Notes: a model not told the origin generated them from the letters alone. Positions 41,941-55,521 are shown, counted from the first letter of the stretch. The stretch: DNA of 64,000 nucleotides from Eledone cirrhosa (GCA_964016885.1 OZ024745.1:100254001-100318000); one strand, 5' to 3'. Numbers and translations are program-made.

Positions 41941-44017
41941 GGGCCATTAGAGACAAGAGACTAGCATGGAAGGCTTGGAAAAAGGGTGGGAGTAGAGAAG
42001 GATATACAGCCGCTAAGAGAGAAGCTAGACGTTAGGTGTACTTAGCCCGCAGGGAGGCTGAGAGTAGGAGGTTTGCCAATGTTCTGTGATGGGAAGATCA
42101 GAGGTGTGTGGTGTTCCACATTGCAAGGCAGTGTGTCAATGCAAACCAGGATGTTGTTGGAGATAAATGTGTCCGGAATGATGCCGGTGTAATTAGTGTC
42201 ACGAATGATCAGAAAAAGGAGGCCTGGAAATGTCATTATGAGAGATTGATGAATGTGGAGAACGAATGGGAGATAGAGAAATTACCCCCACTAGACCCGA
42301 CAGAGGGACCAGCTATTGAGATTGACGAATATAGGGTCCAAGAGGCGATTAGGGAAATGAAAAATGGTAAGGCTACTGGACCGTCGGGATAGTTGCCGAG
42401 ATGCTTAAGGCATCAGGGGACGTAGGCACTAAACTGGTTGCACACATCATCAATCAGGCTATATATGGTGGTGTCATACCCAAAGTCTGGTGCAGCAGTA
42501 TTCTCATAAATTGCTACAAAGGTAAAGGGGATGCTCTGGAGAGGAGCAATTATAGGGGTATAAAACTGATGGATCAGGTTATGAAAGTGGCAGAAAGGAT
42601 ATTAGCACAATTAATTAGAGAAAGGGTCAAACTAGATGAGATGCAGTTTGGTTTTGTGCCTGGGAAGAGTACAACAGATTCCCTCTTCTAAGTGAGACAA
42701 CTACAAGAGAGGTTCTTAGAGAAGAATAAGCCACTGTATGTAGCCTTTGTTGACCTAGAGAAGGTCTTTGATAGGGTACCCCGATCTGTCATCTGGTGGT
42801 CCCTAAGGAAACTAGGTGTGGAGGAATGGCTTGTGAGGACAGTATAAACTTTGTATAGAGGTGCTGTCAGTAAAGTCAGGGTAGGAATGGAGTTTAGTGA
42901 GGAATTCCAGATGCAATTAGGAGTACATCAAGGTTCGGTCCTCAGACCGCTCTTGTTCATTATAGTCCTCCAAGCCATAACAGAGGAGTTTAAGACTGGT
43001 TGTCCATGGGAACTTCTCTATGCTGACGATTTGGTTCTTATAACAGAATCAGTTGAGGAGCTAGAGAATAAATTCTGGCTATGGAAACAGCAGTTGGAAT
43101 CAAGAGAACTGAGACGGAACCTAGCTAAGACAAAAGTGTTGATAAGTAGGAAAGAGGACAAAACTCTGATTCCGTCAGGTAAATGGCCATGTTCGATATG
43201 CAGAAAAGGAACTGGCATAAATTCTACAAAATGCACACAATGCAGATACTGGGTACACAACAGATGTAGTGGGATAGCAGGCAAACTAACAGGTAGGGAG
43301 AAATACGTATGCAGTAAATGTACAGGGAAATTAGACAGTAGAAGTCGCATTGATAGACACATTTTTCAAATGCAGGCGGGTGCTATAGAAGTGGTGGATA
43401 GCTTCCGGTACCTAGGAGATCAGATTAGCATGGGGGGGGGTGTTCTGAGGCCATTGTATCTAGAATAAGGACGAGTTGGTATAAGTTTAGGGAGCTGCTT
43501 CCTCTGCTGACTAAGAAGGGTTTCTCCCTGCATATGAAAGGCCGGTTATATGATGCCTGTGTGAGGAGCACGATGCTGCATGGTAGTGAGAAATGGGCAG
43601 CAACTGCAGAGGATATGCAACGGCTGGAGAGAAATGAAGCAAGCATGCTCTGTTCTATGTGCAGTGTCAATGTGTGTGAACGACCCAGCATGGATGTGTT
43701 GAGAGAGAAACTGTGTCTGAGAGGGATAGAATGTAGTGTGCGAGAGAGGAGACTGAGGTGGTATGGACATGTGATGTGCATGGAGGATGACCGATGGGTG
43801 AAGAAGTGCCAGGAAATGCCAGTTGAAGGAAGACGTGGTAGAGGTAGACCACGAAAAACATGGGCGGAGGTGGTGAGAACAGACCTCAGATCGCTTAAGC
43901 TCACGGTGGAGATGACAAAGGACCGTGACAAGTGGAGAGATGCTGTGCTGAATAAGGCCCATCCACCCTTGCAAGCAGGGAAAAGCGGATATATGATGAT
44001 GAGGATGATGATGATGA
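41941..44017 (+). mobile_element. RTE LINE family A, 5'-truncated and disrupted
   Basis: [36 protein letters not shown] motifs, C4HC3 finger, RRLRWYGHV...GRGRPRKTW; several stops and frameshifts; (GAT)n tail. Confidence 0.95.
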
Positions 44018-44199
44018 TAGCAAACATCACGGGCGCTCTATCTCAAAATTATTTTTGAAAAGCATTAGAAATGCGTAACCGGTAAAACTTCAAATCAAAA
44101 CTGAATACTAACCAATACTATTACTAATTTTCACTTATTCCTAATTAAACTATTTTTCACTGTGAACAATTTGTCAGCATTTTCTTTTCCGTTTACCAA

Positions 44200-44200
44200 T

Positions 44201-44291
<91 letters not shown>

Positions 44292-44448
44292 CATATATAC
44301 ATACATATACATACACATATACATACAAACATATATATATATATACATACATATATATATATATATATACATATATATATACATACATATATATATATAT
44401 ACATGATGATGATGATGATGATACATATATATATACATACATATATAT

Positions 44449-44496
<48 letters not shown>
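44200..44496. repeat. (CAT)n/(TA)n/(GAT)n microsatellite
   Basis: Direct inspection. Confidence 0.9.
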
Positions 44497-44502
<6 letters not shown>

Positions 44503-44789
44503 AATAAGTCAAATATTTAAAATTTGGCTTCGTTTATTACTGTTATATATATTTCGTTGTGACCTCTTCAGGTAGTTCGAATTAGTGTGGTAGAGACGAG
44601 TACACATGTTGTTGAGGTGTTTAACTTTGTCAATACTCTGATATGCCCAGTTCCTGGTTGGGTTGTTGTTTCCATGAGGAACTGGAATCATATAATCATA
44701 TGATTCCAGTTCCCAAAGATGGCTGTCACCGAAATATATATAGCAGTAATAAACGAAGCCAAATTTTAAATATTTGACTTATTTATTTT
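44497..44789. mobile_element. Element with 60-bp terminal inverted repeats (Penelope fold-back remnant or MITE)
   Basis: 44497-44556 vs 44730-44789 with one mismatch; internal perfect 16-bp hairpin 44678-44713; minus-strand CTGAAGA...GAAAT-ATAT-ATA hammerhead-like remnant. Confidence 0.55.
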
Positions 44790-44798
44790 AATTTATTT

Positions 44799-44848
<50 letters not shown>

Positions 44849-44888
44849 TACATATCTATATATACATACATATATATATATACATATA

Positions 44889-44929
<41 letters not shown>

Positions 44930-44940
44930 ACATACATATA

Positions 44941-44981
<41 letters not shown>

Positions 44982-45045
44982 ACATATATATATATATACA
45001 TATATATATATACATATATACATATATATATACATATATATATAC

Positions 45046-45076
<31 letters not shown>

Positions 45077-45079
45077 CAC

Positions 45080-45116
<37 letters not shown>

Positions 45117-45176
45117 TACATATATATATATATACATACATATATATATATATATATACATACATATATATATATA

Positions 45177-45333
45177 TGGTGGCTGCCAACTCGTTTTTGA
45201 GTACGGCCACTACTTTATATCCATGTAGGAGAACCCCTACCGATGCACTCAACGAGTGTGACTTTTTAGTCCAGCCAGCGACTTGAAAACTCTGGTACAA
45301 ACACTACACTTGTGACACATAGTGCTGGGCCCA
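45177..45333 (-). mobile_element. 3' fragment of bipartite non-autonomous RTE-like element
   Basis: Matches 45557-45723; encodes [17 protein letters not shown] (C2H2-like). Confidence 0.7.
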
Positions 45334-45432
45334 TATGTATATATATATATATATATATACATACATATATATATATACATATATATACATACATATATAT
45401 ATATATATACATACATATATATACATATATAT

Positions 45433-45525
<93 letters not shown>

Positions 45526-45556
45526 CTTATATATATATATATATATATACATACAT

Positions 45557-46135
45557 ATGGTGGCTGCCAACTCGTTTTCGAGTACGGCCACTACTTTATA
45601 TCCATGTAGGAGAACTCCTACCGATGCGCTGAATGAGTGTGACTTTTTAGTCCAGCCAGCGACTTGAAAACTCTGGTACAAACACTACACTTGTGACAAT
45701 TATTGACACATAGTGCTGGGCCCATGGTACCATGTGACGACAAGTGCAGAGAGATCTCCAGATATAAAGCAATGCCTGTGCTGTGAAGCTTTTATAGTGA
45801 GCAAAGGCACTGCACAAAGCCAGTCCCACTCTCTTAACCAAGATGATATTTACCAAAAAGAAGAACAAGTCAACATCATTGGATACCATCAGAGTTGCAG
45901 GTGTTATATCAGAGTTTTCCTTCTCCTAGAATTCTGCCTTGACAAAGGCTAAGGGGTCATCTCTCCTGGTGATTTTGGATGGCCATTGACTCTTAAGAGC
46001 TCCTTTGACAGGTTTTGTTTTTAATCCTGCTGGATGTCCAAAGTCACCTCCTCACCAAGAAACCTTGGTGGGGTTGCCAGTTTAGTTGCCAACGACCCGA
46101 CCATGAGACAGGTTGTACTGGGATACATGTTACCA
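45557..46135 (-). mobile_element. Bipartite non-autonomous RTE-like element (5' UTR-like part joined to C2H2-encoding 3' end)
   Basis: Minus strand has CTAGGAGAAGGAAAACTCTGA (RTE 5' UTR-like motif), then a C2H2 remnant, ending GGCAGCCACCA(TA)n; second copy at 61638-62188; no RT. Confidence 0.6.
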
Positions 46136-46171
46136 TACATATTTATATATATATATATATAAATACATACA

Positions 46172-46211
<40 letters not shown>

Positions 46212-46259
46212 CATACATATATATATATATATACATGCATATATATATATACATGCATA

Positions 46260-46292
<33 letters not shown>

Positions 46293-46422
46293 TTATTTAT
46301 ATATATATATACATATATATATATACATATATATATATATACATATATATACACATATATATATATATACATATATATATACACATACATATATATACAC
46401 ACACATATACATATATATATAC

Positions 46423-46459
<37 letters not shown>

Positions 46460-46552
46460 CACATACATATATATACATATATATATATATATATACATAT
46501 ATACATATATATATACAAAAATATACTTATATATACATATATATATATATAG
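46136..46552. repeat. (TA)n/(TACA)n microsatellite
   Basis: Direct inspection. Confidence 0.95.
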
Positions 46553-46554
46553 AT

Positions 46555-49500
46555 AAAGATTAATTCACCCCATGAGGCTGGACAAAAATGCAAGGGCTCC
46601 TTCTTATTTCGGACGCGGATGGCATACATAACCCCCATCTCCTTCACCCCTCCCTACACCTCCATCCCTTCCCTTCCACCCATCAAACGAAATCCAAAAC
46701 TTCAGAGTTGGTACCATGAATGTAGGCACTTTAAAAGGTCGCTCTAACGAGGTTGTAGAGATGCTTGAGGATAAGGAAGTTGATGCATGCTGCGTCCAAG
46801 AGACTAGGTGGAGGGGTGGGTCGGCTAGATTCATTGTGGGTAAAAAACGATGCTATAAACTCTTCTGGGTGGGAAAAGAAAATGGGCTGGGTGGAGTAGG
46901 AATTATGTTAGCAGAAAAATGGGTAGATAAAGTAATCGACGTAAATAGAGTGAACGACAGAATAATCAAAATAAGACTTGTCCTAAATAGAACTACTGTG
47001 ACAATAATATCTGCTTACACACCCCAATCTGGACTGCCTGGCATTATAAAAGACAGATTCTATGAGTCGCTAATGCTCACTACCTCACAAATAACCGACA
47101 GTGACTACATAATTATTGCTGGCAACCTAAATGGTCATGTTGGACAACATTGTGACGGCTATGATGGAATCCATTGAGGCTACGGGTTCGATACCAGAAA
47201 CGAGGAAGGCTTCAGAATTCTGGAATTCTGCGACGCAAATAACCTAACTATCTGCAACACAAACTTCAGAAACCGAGATAATCATTTGATCACCTGTAGA
47301 TCAGGGGAACATGCCAGTCAGAAGACATGACAAAGTGTCGGTTGTAAACAAAAAATACCTCCCCCGCGAAAAATGCACCTCCCAACATAGCCTCATAGTT
47401 AGTGACCTCATAGTCAGGACGAGACATACTCGACAATAGAGGAGGACTAGAATAGAAGAAGAATATGGAAGTTAAAGGACCCCACAACCAGTAACAAATT
47501 TAAAAGCATACTATTCGATTCTTTTGACAGTAAGGAAGAGCAATTAGAGACATACAGTATAGAGGAACAGTGGGAATTCCTGAAAGATAACCTGCTGAAG
47601 GCAACAGATGAAACCTGTGGCTGGAGCAGACCTAGAGGCAGGAGGAGAGTAACATGCTGGTGGAACAGTAAGGTGGAGGAGTAAATCAAGGCCAAGAAGC
47701 AAGCTTGGAAAGTATGGCAGGATGGGGGAAGTAGAGAATACTATCAAACGGTGAGGAGGGAAGCTAGGAGACAAGTGTATCTTGCAAGAAGGGAAGCAGA
47801 GGAAAGAAAGTTCAAGCATGTTCTACAACACGAGGAGCAAAAACGTGAGGTGTTCAAGATTGCTAGACAATGTGTCAAGGAAAATCGTGATATTGTCGGG
47901 GAGAAGTGTATACGTAATGATGATGGTATACTTGCTGTCTTTGATACTGATAAGAAAGTAGCTTGGAAGTGTCACTACGAGAGGCTACTAAATGAGGAGA
48001 ATAAGTGAGAAAAGATAGTCTGCCCCAAATCGATCCAATAGAGGGACCAGCAGTGCAAGTTGAAGGTAGTATAATAAGTAAGGCAATCAAAGAGATGAAG
48101 ACAGTCAAAGCAGCTGGGCCTTCGGAGATAGATGCTGAAATGCTTAAAGCATCTTGATCGGTGGGACACACTATGGTCTCCCGGATAGTAAACAAAGTCA
48201 TACAGAATGGGGTTATACCAAATGACTGGCGTAGCAGCATCATCATTAATTGCTAAAAAGGGGAAACTATAGAGGCATTAAATTAATTGACCAGGTCATG
48301 AAGGTCACAGAAAAAGTTATAGCGCAACTAATCAGACAGCGAATTGATCTAGATGAAATGCAGTTTGGGTTTGCGTCAGTTAAAAGTACCACAGACACTC
48401 TTTTCCTTGTACGACAACTTCAGGAGAAGTACCTAGCTAAAAGTAAACCCCCATACTTAGCTTTTGTTAACTTGGAGAAAGCCTTTGACAGAGTCCCCCG
48501 CTCCATTATCTGGTGGGCCCTTAGAAAACTAGGTATTGATGAATGGCTCATGAGAGCTATACAAGCCATGTATAAAGAAACAGTCAGCAAGGTTAGAATT
48601 AACAAGGAATATAGTGAAGAGTTCAGCGTAAAAGTCGGTGTTCATCAGGGCTCTGTCCTTAGCCCCTCTCCTATTTATTATTGCCTTTAAGGCTATAACA
48701 GAGGAGTTCAAGACCAGCTGCCCATGGGAACTTCTATACGCAGATGATCTAACGCTCATAGTTGAATCAATGGCTGAACTAGAGAAGAAATTCCAAACTT
48801 AGAAGCATGGCCTAGAATCAAAAGGCCTTAAAATTAACTTGTCTAAGACTAAAGTTCTAGTATGTAGGAAGGAAAAGAGGGCACTGGTCCCCTCTGGGAA
48901 ATGGCCATGCTCAGTGTGTAGGAAAGGAGTAGGCAGAAACTCCATTTTATGTCCCAAATGCAAAGTATGGGTGCATAAAAGATGTAGTGGGATCACAGGT
49001 AAACTAACCAAGAACATAGATTTTATATGTGGCCAGTGCTCAGGTGCAATAAGTAGTAGCAAGTGCCCACAGGAAACTAGCTCCTTCCATTGCCCAGATG
49101 GTTCTATAGAAATAGTAGACACCTTCCATTACCTAGGTGACAAAATCAGCAGTGGTAGTGGGTGCTCTGAAAGTACAGTAGCTACAGTCAGAACGGGAGG
49201 GAAAAAGTTCAGAGAGCTTATACCACTATTGGCCGCTAAAAGTTTCTCCCTAAAAATGAAAGGCAGGCTGTATGATGCCTGCATACGAACAGCAATGTTA
49301 CATGGCAGTGAGACCTGGGCATTGTGTGCAGAGGATCTGCGCAAACTGGAGAGGAATGAAGCTTGCATGCTCCATTGGATGTGTAATAGTAATATATGCG
49401 AATGGCAAAGCATAAATGAACTAAGTGAGAAATTAGGAATAAGAGGGATCAGATGCTGTTTACTCGAGAGAAGGCTACGTTGGTACGGTCACGTGATGCG

Positions 49501-49758
49501 CATGAACGATGATAGCTGTATAAAAAAGTGCAGGGTGATTAAAATAGACGGAAGCTACGGAGTAGATAGATCCAGAAAAACCTGGGACGATTCGATAAAT
49601 TCTGACCTTACACACTTACACCTCTCCAAGACAATGTCACTGGACCTAGATCTTTGGCGCTATGCAGTAATACAGAAGACCCGCCTTGACTAAGTAAAAA
49701 GTGAAACCTACAGTCAGTAGGCTCCTCCTAACCAAAAATACACCCCCACCCCACTACC
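46555..49758 (+). mobile_element. RTE LINE family B, near-complete disrupted ORF (APE endonuclease, RT, PHD-like finger)
   Basis: GTMNVGTL...CCVQETRW...SAYTPQ...AGNLNGHVG (APE); [34 protein letters not shown] (RT); multiple stops and frameshifts; 3' UTR cut off at ~49758. Confidence 0.95.
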
Positions 49759-49759
49759 T

Positions 49760-51782
49760 TTACTATCCTAAAGTTAAAGACAGAGAAGGAGGACTCTATT
49801 TTCACTGATAAAATAAAATATCGCAGGGGTATATTTCAGGGAGACAGTCTCTCTGTGATATTATTCATCCTGTTATTAAACCCCTTGTCCTTTCTGCTCA
49901 AGAAATGTGAAGGATACATCATTGGCTCACAGGAAGACAGAAATACGAACCTAACCCATAATTTCTTTGTGGATGATCTGAAACTCTATGCCAAGAACAT
50001 GGATGGGATGAAGAAAAATCTTGATCTGGTTACAGCATTCTCAAAGGATATAAGAATGGAGTTTGGCCAAGATAAATGCTCATACATGACTGTAAAGCGG
50101 GGAAAAACAACAACCCAATATAGCAACATTGTCATCAATGGCCTAACTCTTTCACCGATATCTGATGAGGACTGCTACAGATACCTGGGGATAGATGAGG
50201 ACATATCCTATAATGGTATCTGTAATAAAGAACGCGTAACCAGGGAATACTACACCCGATTAAGAAAGATCTGGTCATCGGAACTCTCTGCGCAAAACAA
50301 AACAGTGGCTCGCAATGTGTTTGCTGTGCCTGGCCTACCAACGTTTGGAATACTCAATTGGACGATAGACGAAATCCGAGCAGTTGATGTTGGAACTCGA
50401 AAAATACTAAACAACACCGGAAACTTCCACATCAACAGTGACATAGACCGCCTTTACTTGAAACGTAAGTAGGGAGGCAGAGGCCTAACATCAGTCCAGA
50501 CAACATTTGAATGTCGCATCATATCCCTCCGACAACATCTATGAACCTCGAAGCGTAGGAGCCCGTCTCTCGAGCAAGCCTATCAGCATGAAACAGATAA
50601 GTTCATGAGAGTTGGGAAGGAACTCCTTGAGAGATATTCCCTGTGTGATAATTAAAAACGCACACCCAGAGAATTCGCTCAGCAGTATCGCAGTGAATCC
50701 ATGGATGAAAAACTGCATGCTTATCAGCAAAAAACCATGCATGGATATGTTGCCAGGAAGCTCCAGAGTGTGAGTAATATAGATAAGGAAAGTAGTCTAT
50801 CTTGGACCAACAACCGCTATATTGGCTTCCACTTTGAAGGATACGCTTTTGCAATCCAAGAACAGGAAATTAACACAAAATACCTGATTCACAAAAGAGA
50901 TAGGGATGCAGGCAAAACACCTAGATGTGATAACAAGTGCAGAATCTGCAGAATTAACATCGAAGATGTCACCCATGTCATGAGCAGCTGTCCAAAGATG
51001 TCATCGCGGTACTATCTACCTATGAAGCATGATGTAGTGGCCAATGCAATGCAATGAGGCATGATGTAGTGGCTAATACAATGCAATCCGTAGAAAAGAT
51101 AGCCCCAATAATAAACACATTAAAAGCTACAGCAATGTGGAAGACATATATATACATAATATGAAAGAGTACTGGTGGAATGTTCCAGTAAAATCCCTAA
51201 TAAAATGCAGGCATAACAGACCAGATATTATGATATGGGACAGGGAAAAGAAAGCATGCACAGTAGTGGAAGTTAGCTGCCCAGCAGATGCCAATATAAT
51301 ATCAAAGATAAGCAAAAAGGAGAATATTTATGCAGAACTGATGAGAAATCTGCAGATACTCCACCCTGATTACACCTTCACATTTATGCCTGTGATTATT
51401 GGGGCACTGGGGTATGTTAGTAACTGCCTCAAAACAAATCTTGAGAAGCTAGGCTTCACAGGAACAGAAAGAACACAACTTGTTAGGAAATTACAAGTAC
51501 AGTAAAAATATTTTAAAACATTCAAAAAATTTTGCATCTAATAACTGTATACACATGTGCAGATACAAAGCATATACACATGCACACATACAACTCAAAT
51601 CATACACATCCACACATACAACTCAAAACATCCACATCCACACATACAATAATATCCATATGCATACATACATAATCTACCTAGTTGATGTTGTGTAAAT
51701 TCCAATGAGAAAGTCTTGTGTCTATGTTAGAAACTGACTCTCTCTATTGGGAAAAATTGGTGAAATTATATAACCAGAAGAA
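49760..51782 (+). mobile_element. R4/Dong-like non-LTR retrotransposon with restriction-like endonuclease, 5'-truncated and disrupted
   Basis: RRGIFQGDSLS, HNFFVDDLKLYA (RT); CRIC...EDVTHVMSSC (CCHC); HNRPDIMIWD...VVEVSCP (PD-(D/E)xK); PVIIGALG. Confidence 0.88.
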
Positions 51783-51789
51783 TATATAT

Positions 51790-51856
<67 letters not shown>

Positions 51857-51859
<3 letters not shown>

Positions 51860-52099
51860 TCATTCATCATCATCATTTCATTTTACGTCCACTTTTCCCT
51901 TCTTGCAAGGGTGGGATGGGAACTGATTCTGGCTTGATTTCTACAGCTGGATGCCCTTCCTAACACCAACCTCATTTACAGTGAGTGCTGGGTGCTTTTT
52001 TGCCGTGGCACCTCCACGAATGATAGGGATCCCAGTTCCTTGAACTCACAACCTTTCGATTGCAAAGCCTATGCTCTAACCACTAAGCCATGTGCCTCC
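51857..52099 (-). mobile_element. SINE family 1, internally deleted
   Basis: Head and tail present, central block missing. Confidence 0.85.
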
Positions 52100-52101
52100 A
52101 C

Positions 52102-52111
<10 letters not shown>

Positions 52112-52196
<85 letters not shown>
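52112..52196. repeat. Pure (CA)n microsatellite
   Basis: About 42 uninterrupted CA units. Confidence 0.97.
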
Positions 52197-52198
<2 letters not shown>

Positions 52199-52541
52199 AG
52201 GACATGGCTTAGTGGTTAGAGCATTGACCTTGCAATCGAAAGGTTGTGAGTTCAATTCTCAGACCGGGGGATGTGTTGTTTCCTTGAGCAAGACACTTTA
52301 TTTCAAATTGCTCCAGTTTACTCAGCTGTAGAAATGAGATGATAGGGACTGGGGTCCATATCATTCCACTGCAAAGTGGTCGTGGAGGTGCCATGGCTAA
52401 ATACCACCCAGCACTCACTGTAAATGAGGTTGGTGTTAGGAAGGGCATCCAGCTGTAGAAATCAAGCCAGAATCAGTTCCCGTCCCACCCTTGCAAGCAG
52501 GGAAAAAGTGGACGTAAAATGAAATTATGATGAAATGATGA
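52197..52541 (+). mobile_element. SINE family 1
   Basis: A/B boxes, central block, tail CCCACCCTTGCAAGCAGGGAAAAAGTGGACGTAAAATGA. Confidence 0.9.
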
Positions 52542-53010
<469 letters not shown>

Positions 53011-53120
53011 CGGGTAGTGTAACTTCGAGTTACTGTAGGTTCACTCGGGAGAGCACTCGATGTTTAGGTTCACTTCAGTGTCGAGGTGTAGAGCTATACG
53101 GAGTGTATTATATTGAAAAG

Positions 53121-53400
53121 ATAACAAGGACCATTGGTTACTCCTTCATTACATTTATTGGTGACGCGCGTTTCGCCACTGGCCAACTCAAGGTTCGATC
53201 TGTATCGATCTTTATCGATTTTGTATTGATCTTTATCGATCTGAATCGATTTTTCCATTAATATTACAAGGGGTGTGACGAGCCGCGGTTTACAGAGTTG
53301 GGTTAAATTGATATATATTGAACCTTGAGCTGATCAGTGGCCAAACGCGCGTCACCAGCCAATAAACGTAAGGAAGGAGTAACCAATCATCCTTGTTATT
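53121..53400 (+). mobile_element. Penelope-like terminal remnant with inverted partial copy and decayed hammerhead
   Basis: 53121-53196 is an imperfect reverse complement of 53320-53400; GGT-GTGACGA-GCCGCGG...CAGTGGC-CAAAC-GCGC-GTC-ACC then AATAAA. Confidence 0.65.
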
Positions 53401-53409
53401 TTATTTCAC

Positions 53410-54090
53410 TACAAAATACACCCCCGTCCCACCACCCCCACCCCATCCACACCGCCCCTTTCAATGTAAAGTTATGTTGGTGCCACAAAATCCAGGCCGA
53501 AACAAATGAGATCGTGTAGGTGTCACGACAAAAAAACACACAGTCCACGCTGTAAATGTGGCCGTGTAGGCAACACGGTAAAAACCTCCCAGTCCCACAC
53601 TGTAAATGTGGTTGGTGTTAGGAAGGGCATCCAGCTGTAGAAAACCCGCCAGACAGTCCACGCTGTAATGTGGCCGTGTAGGCAACACGGTAAAAACCTC
53701 CCAGCCCCACACTGTAAATGTGGTTGGTGTTAGGAAGGGCATCCAGCTGTAGAAAACCCGCCAGACAGTCCACGCTGTAATGTGGCCGTGTAGGCAACAC
53801 GGTAAAAACCTCCCAGCCCCACACTGTAAATGTGGTTGGTGTTAGGAAGGGCATCCAGCTGTAGAAAACCCGCCAGACAGTCCACGCTGTAATGTGGCCG
53901 TGTAGGCAACACGGTAAAAACCTCCCACCCCCACACTGTAAATGTGGTTGGTGTTAGGAAGGGCATCCAGCTGTAGAAAACCCGCCAGACAGTCCTATGC
54001 GAGCAAGACAACCACTCTTGCCTCAAGTGGGAAAACTCCCGTCCAAACCCATGCAAGCGTGGAACATGGACGTTAAACGATGATGATGAT
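53410..54090 (+). mobile_element. RTE family B 3' UTR with four tandem copies of a 112-bp internal segment
   Basis: Homologous to 61150-61508; units start at 53541, 53654, 53766 and 53878. Confidence 0.9.
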
Positions 54091-54102
54091 ATATATATAT
54101 TA

Positions 54103-54228
54103 ACGTATGTTGATGCCCTGAGGACAGACACTGCTATGTTGGAGATGCAGGACATGGTAGCCATAATGAGGGACAGAGACCGCTGGAGAGAACTCGTCCA
54201 TGGATTTCGGGAATTTTACCCTCCCTAG
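54103..54228 (+). mobile_element. Extreme 3' coding fragment of another RTE-group LINE
   Basis: Translates [41 protein letters not shown], carrying the M-x-DR-xx-WR terminal motif. Confidence 0.55.
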
Positions 54229-54381
54229 AGAATATATATACATACATATATATGCATACATATATTTATATATATATATATACACACATACATATATATA
54301 CATACATATACATACATAAATATATATATACATATATATATATACACACATACATATATATACATATATACATATATATAC

Positions 54382-54422
<41 letters not shown>

Positions 54423-54516
54423 CATACAAAATTATGTGTTGGAATCTTATATTTTTAATTAAGCATACAGTGTATTGCAAAATTCTCTCTATATACATTC
54501 ATATATATATATATAA

Positions 54517-54569
<53 letters not shown>

Positions 54570-54629
54570 TAAGAGGAATTCCAACTTTGTCTGATTTACT
54601 CGTTTTATTTACAATCCTTTAAAATATAT

Positions 54630-54822
54630 AATTGTTTCTACTTTTGGCACAAGGCCAGCAATTAACCCAGTGTATTACTGGTACTTTATTTTATCTACCC
54701 CGTAAGGATGAAAGGCAAAGTTAACCTCGGCGGGATTTGAACTCAGAATGGAAAGGGCCGTAACTCTATGCTGCACAGCATGGCGTCAGACCCTCCAACG
54801 ATTCTGCCAAGTCACCGCCCTC
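54630..54822 (-). mobile_element. SINE family 2 (Meta-domain-like)
   Basis: Reverse-complement similarity to 35262-35450. Confidence 0.8.
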
Positions 54823-55521
54823 CTTTAAAATATATAATGGTATTATAATGAAATAGTATGATAGAATATTAAATTCTAAGTGTTAATTGAACAAGTACTT
54901 TCATGCTTTCGCAATCTTCAGGTTCATAATATGTGATGACAGTCAAGTTTGCAATTTTCAACTGTATATATATATATATATATATACATACACATACATA
55001 TATATATATATACATATATACATACACATACATACATATATACATACACATACATATATACATACATATATATATATACACACATACATATATATATATA
55101 TACACATACATATATACATATATATATATATACATACATTCATTTATATATACATATATATACATACATATATATATATATACATATATATACATACATC
55201 AAGCGTGGAACATGGAGATTAAACGATGATGATGATGATGATATATACATATATATACATACATACATACATATATATATACATATATATATACACATAC
55301 ATATATATATACACATATATATATACACATATATATATATATATACACATACATATATATATACACATACATATATACATATATATATACATACATATAT
55401 ATACACATACATATATATATATATACACATAGATATATACATATATATATATATATACATACATATATATATATACACATACATATATATATATACACAT
55501 ACATATATATATATATATAGT

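Noticed and set aside
43425-44030. Long antisense ORFs over RTE copies (also 60548-61048)
   Set aside because: Shadow frames of the LINE coding strand with no independent motifs.
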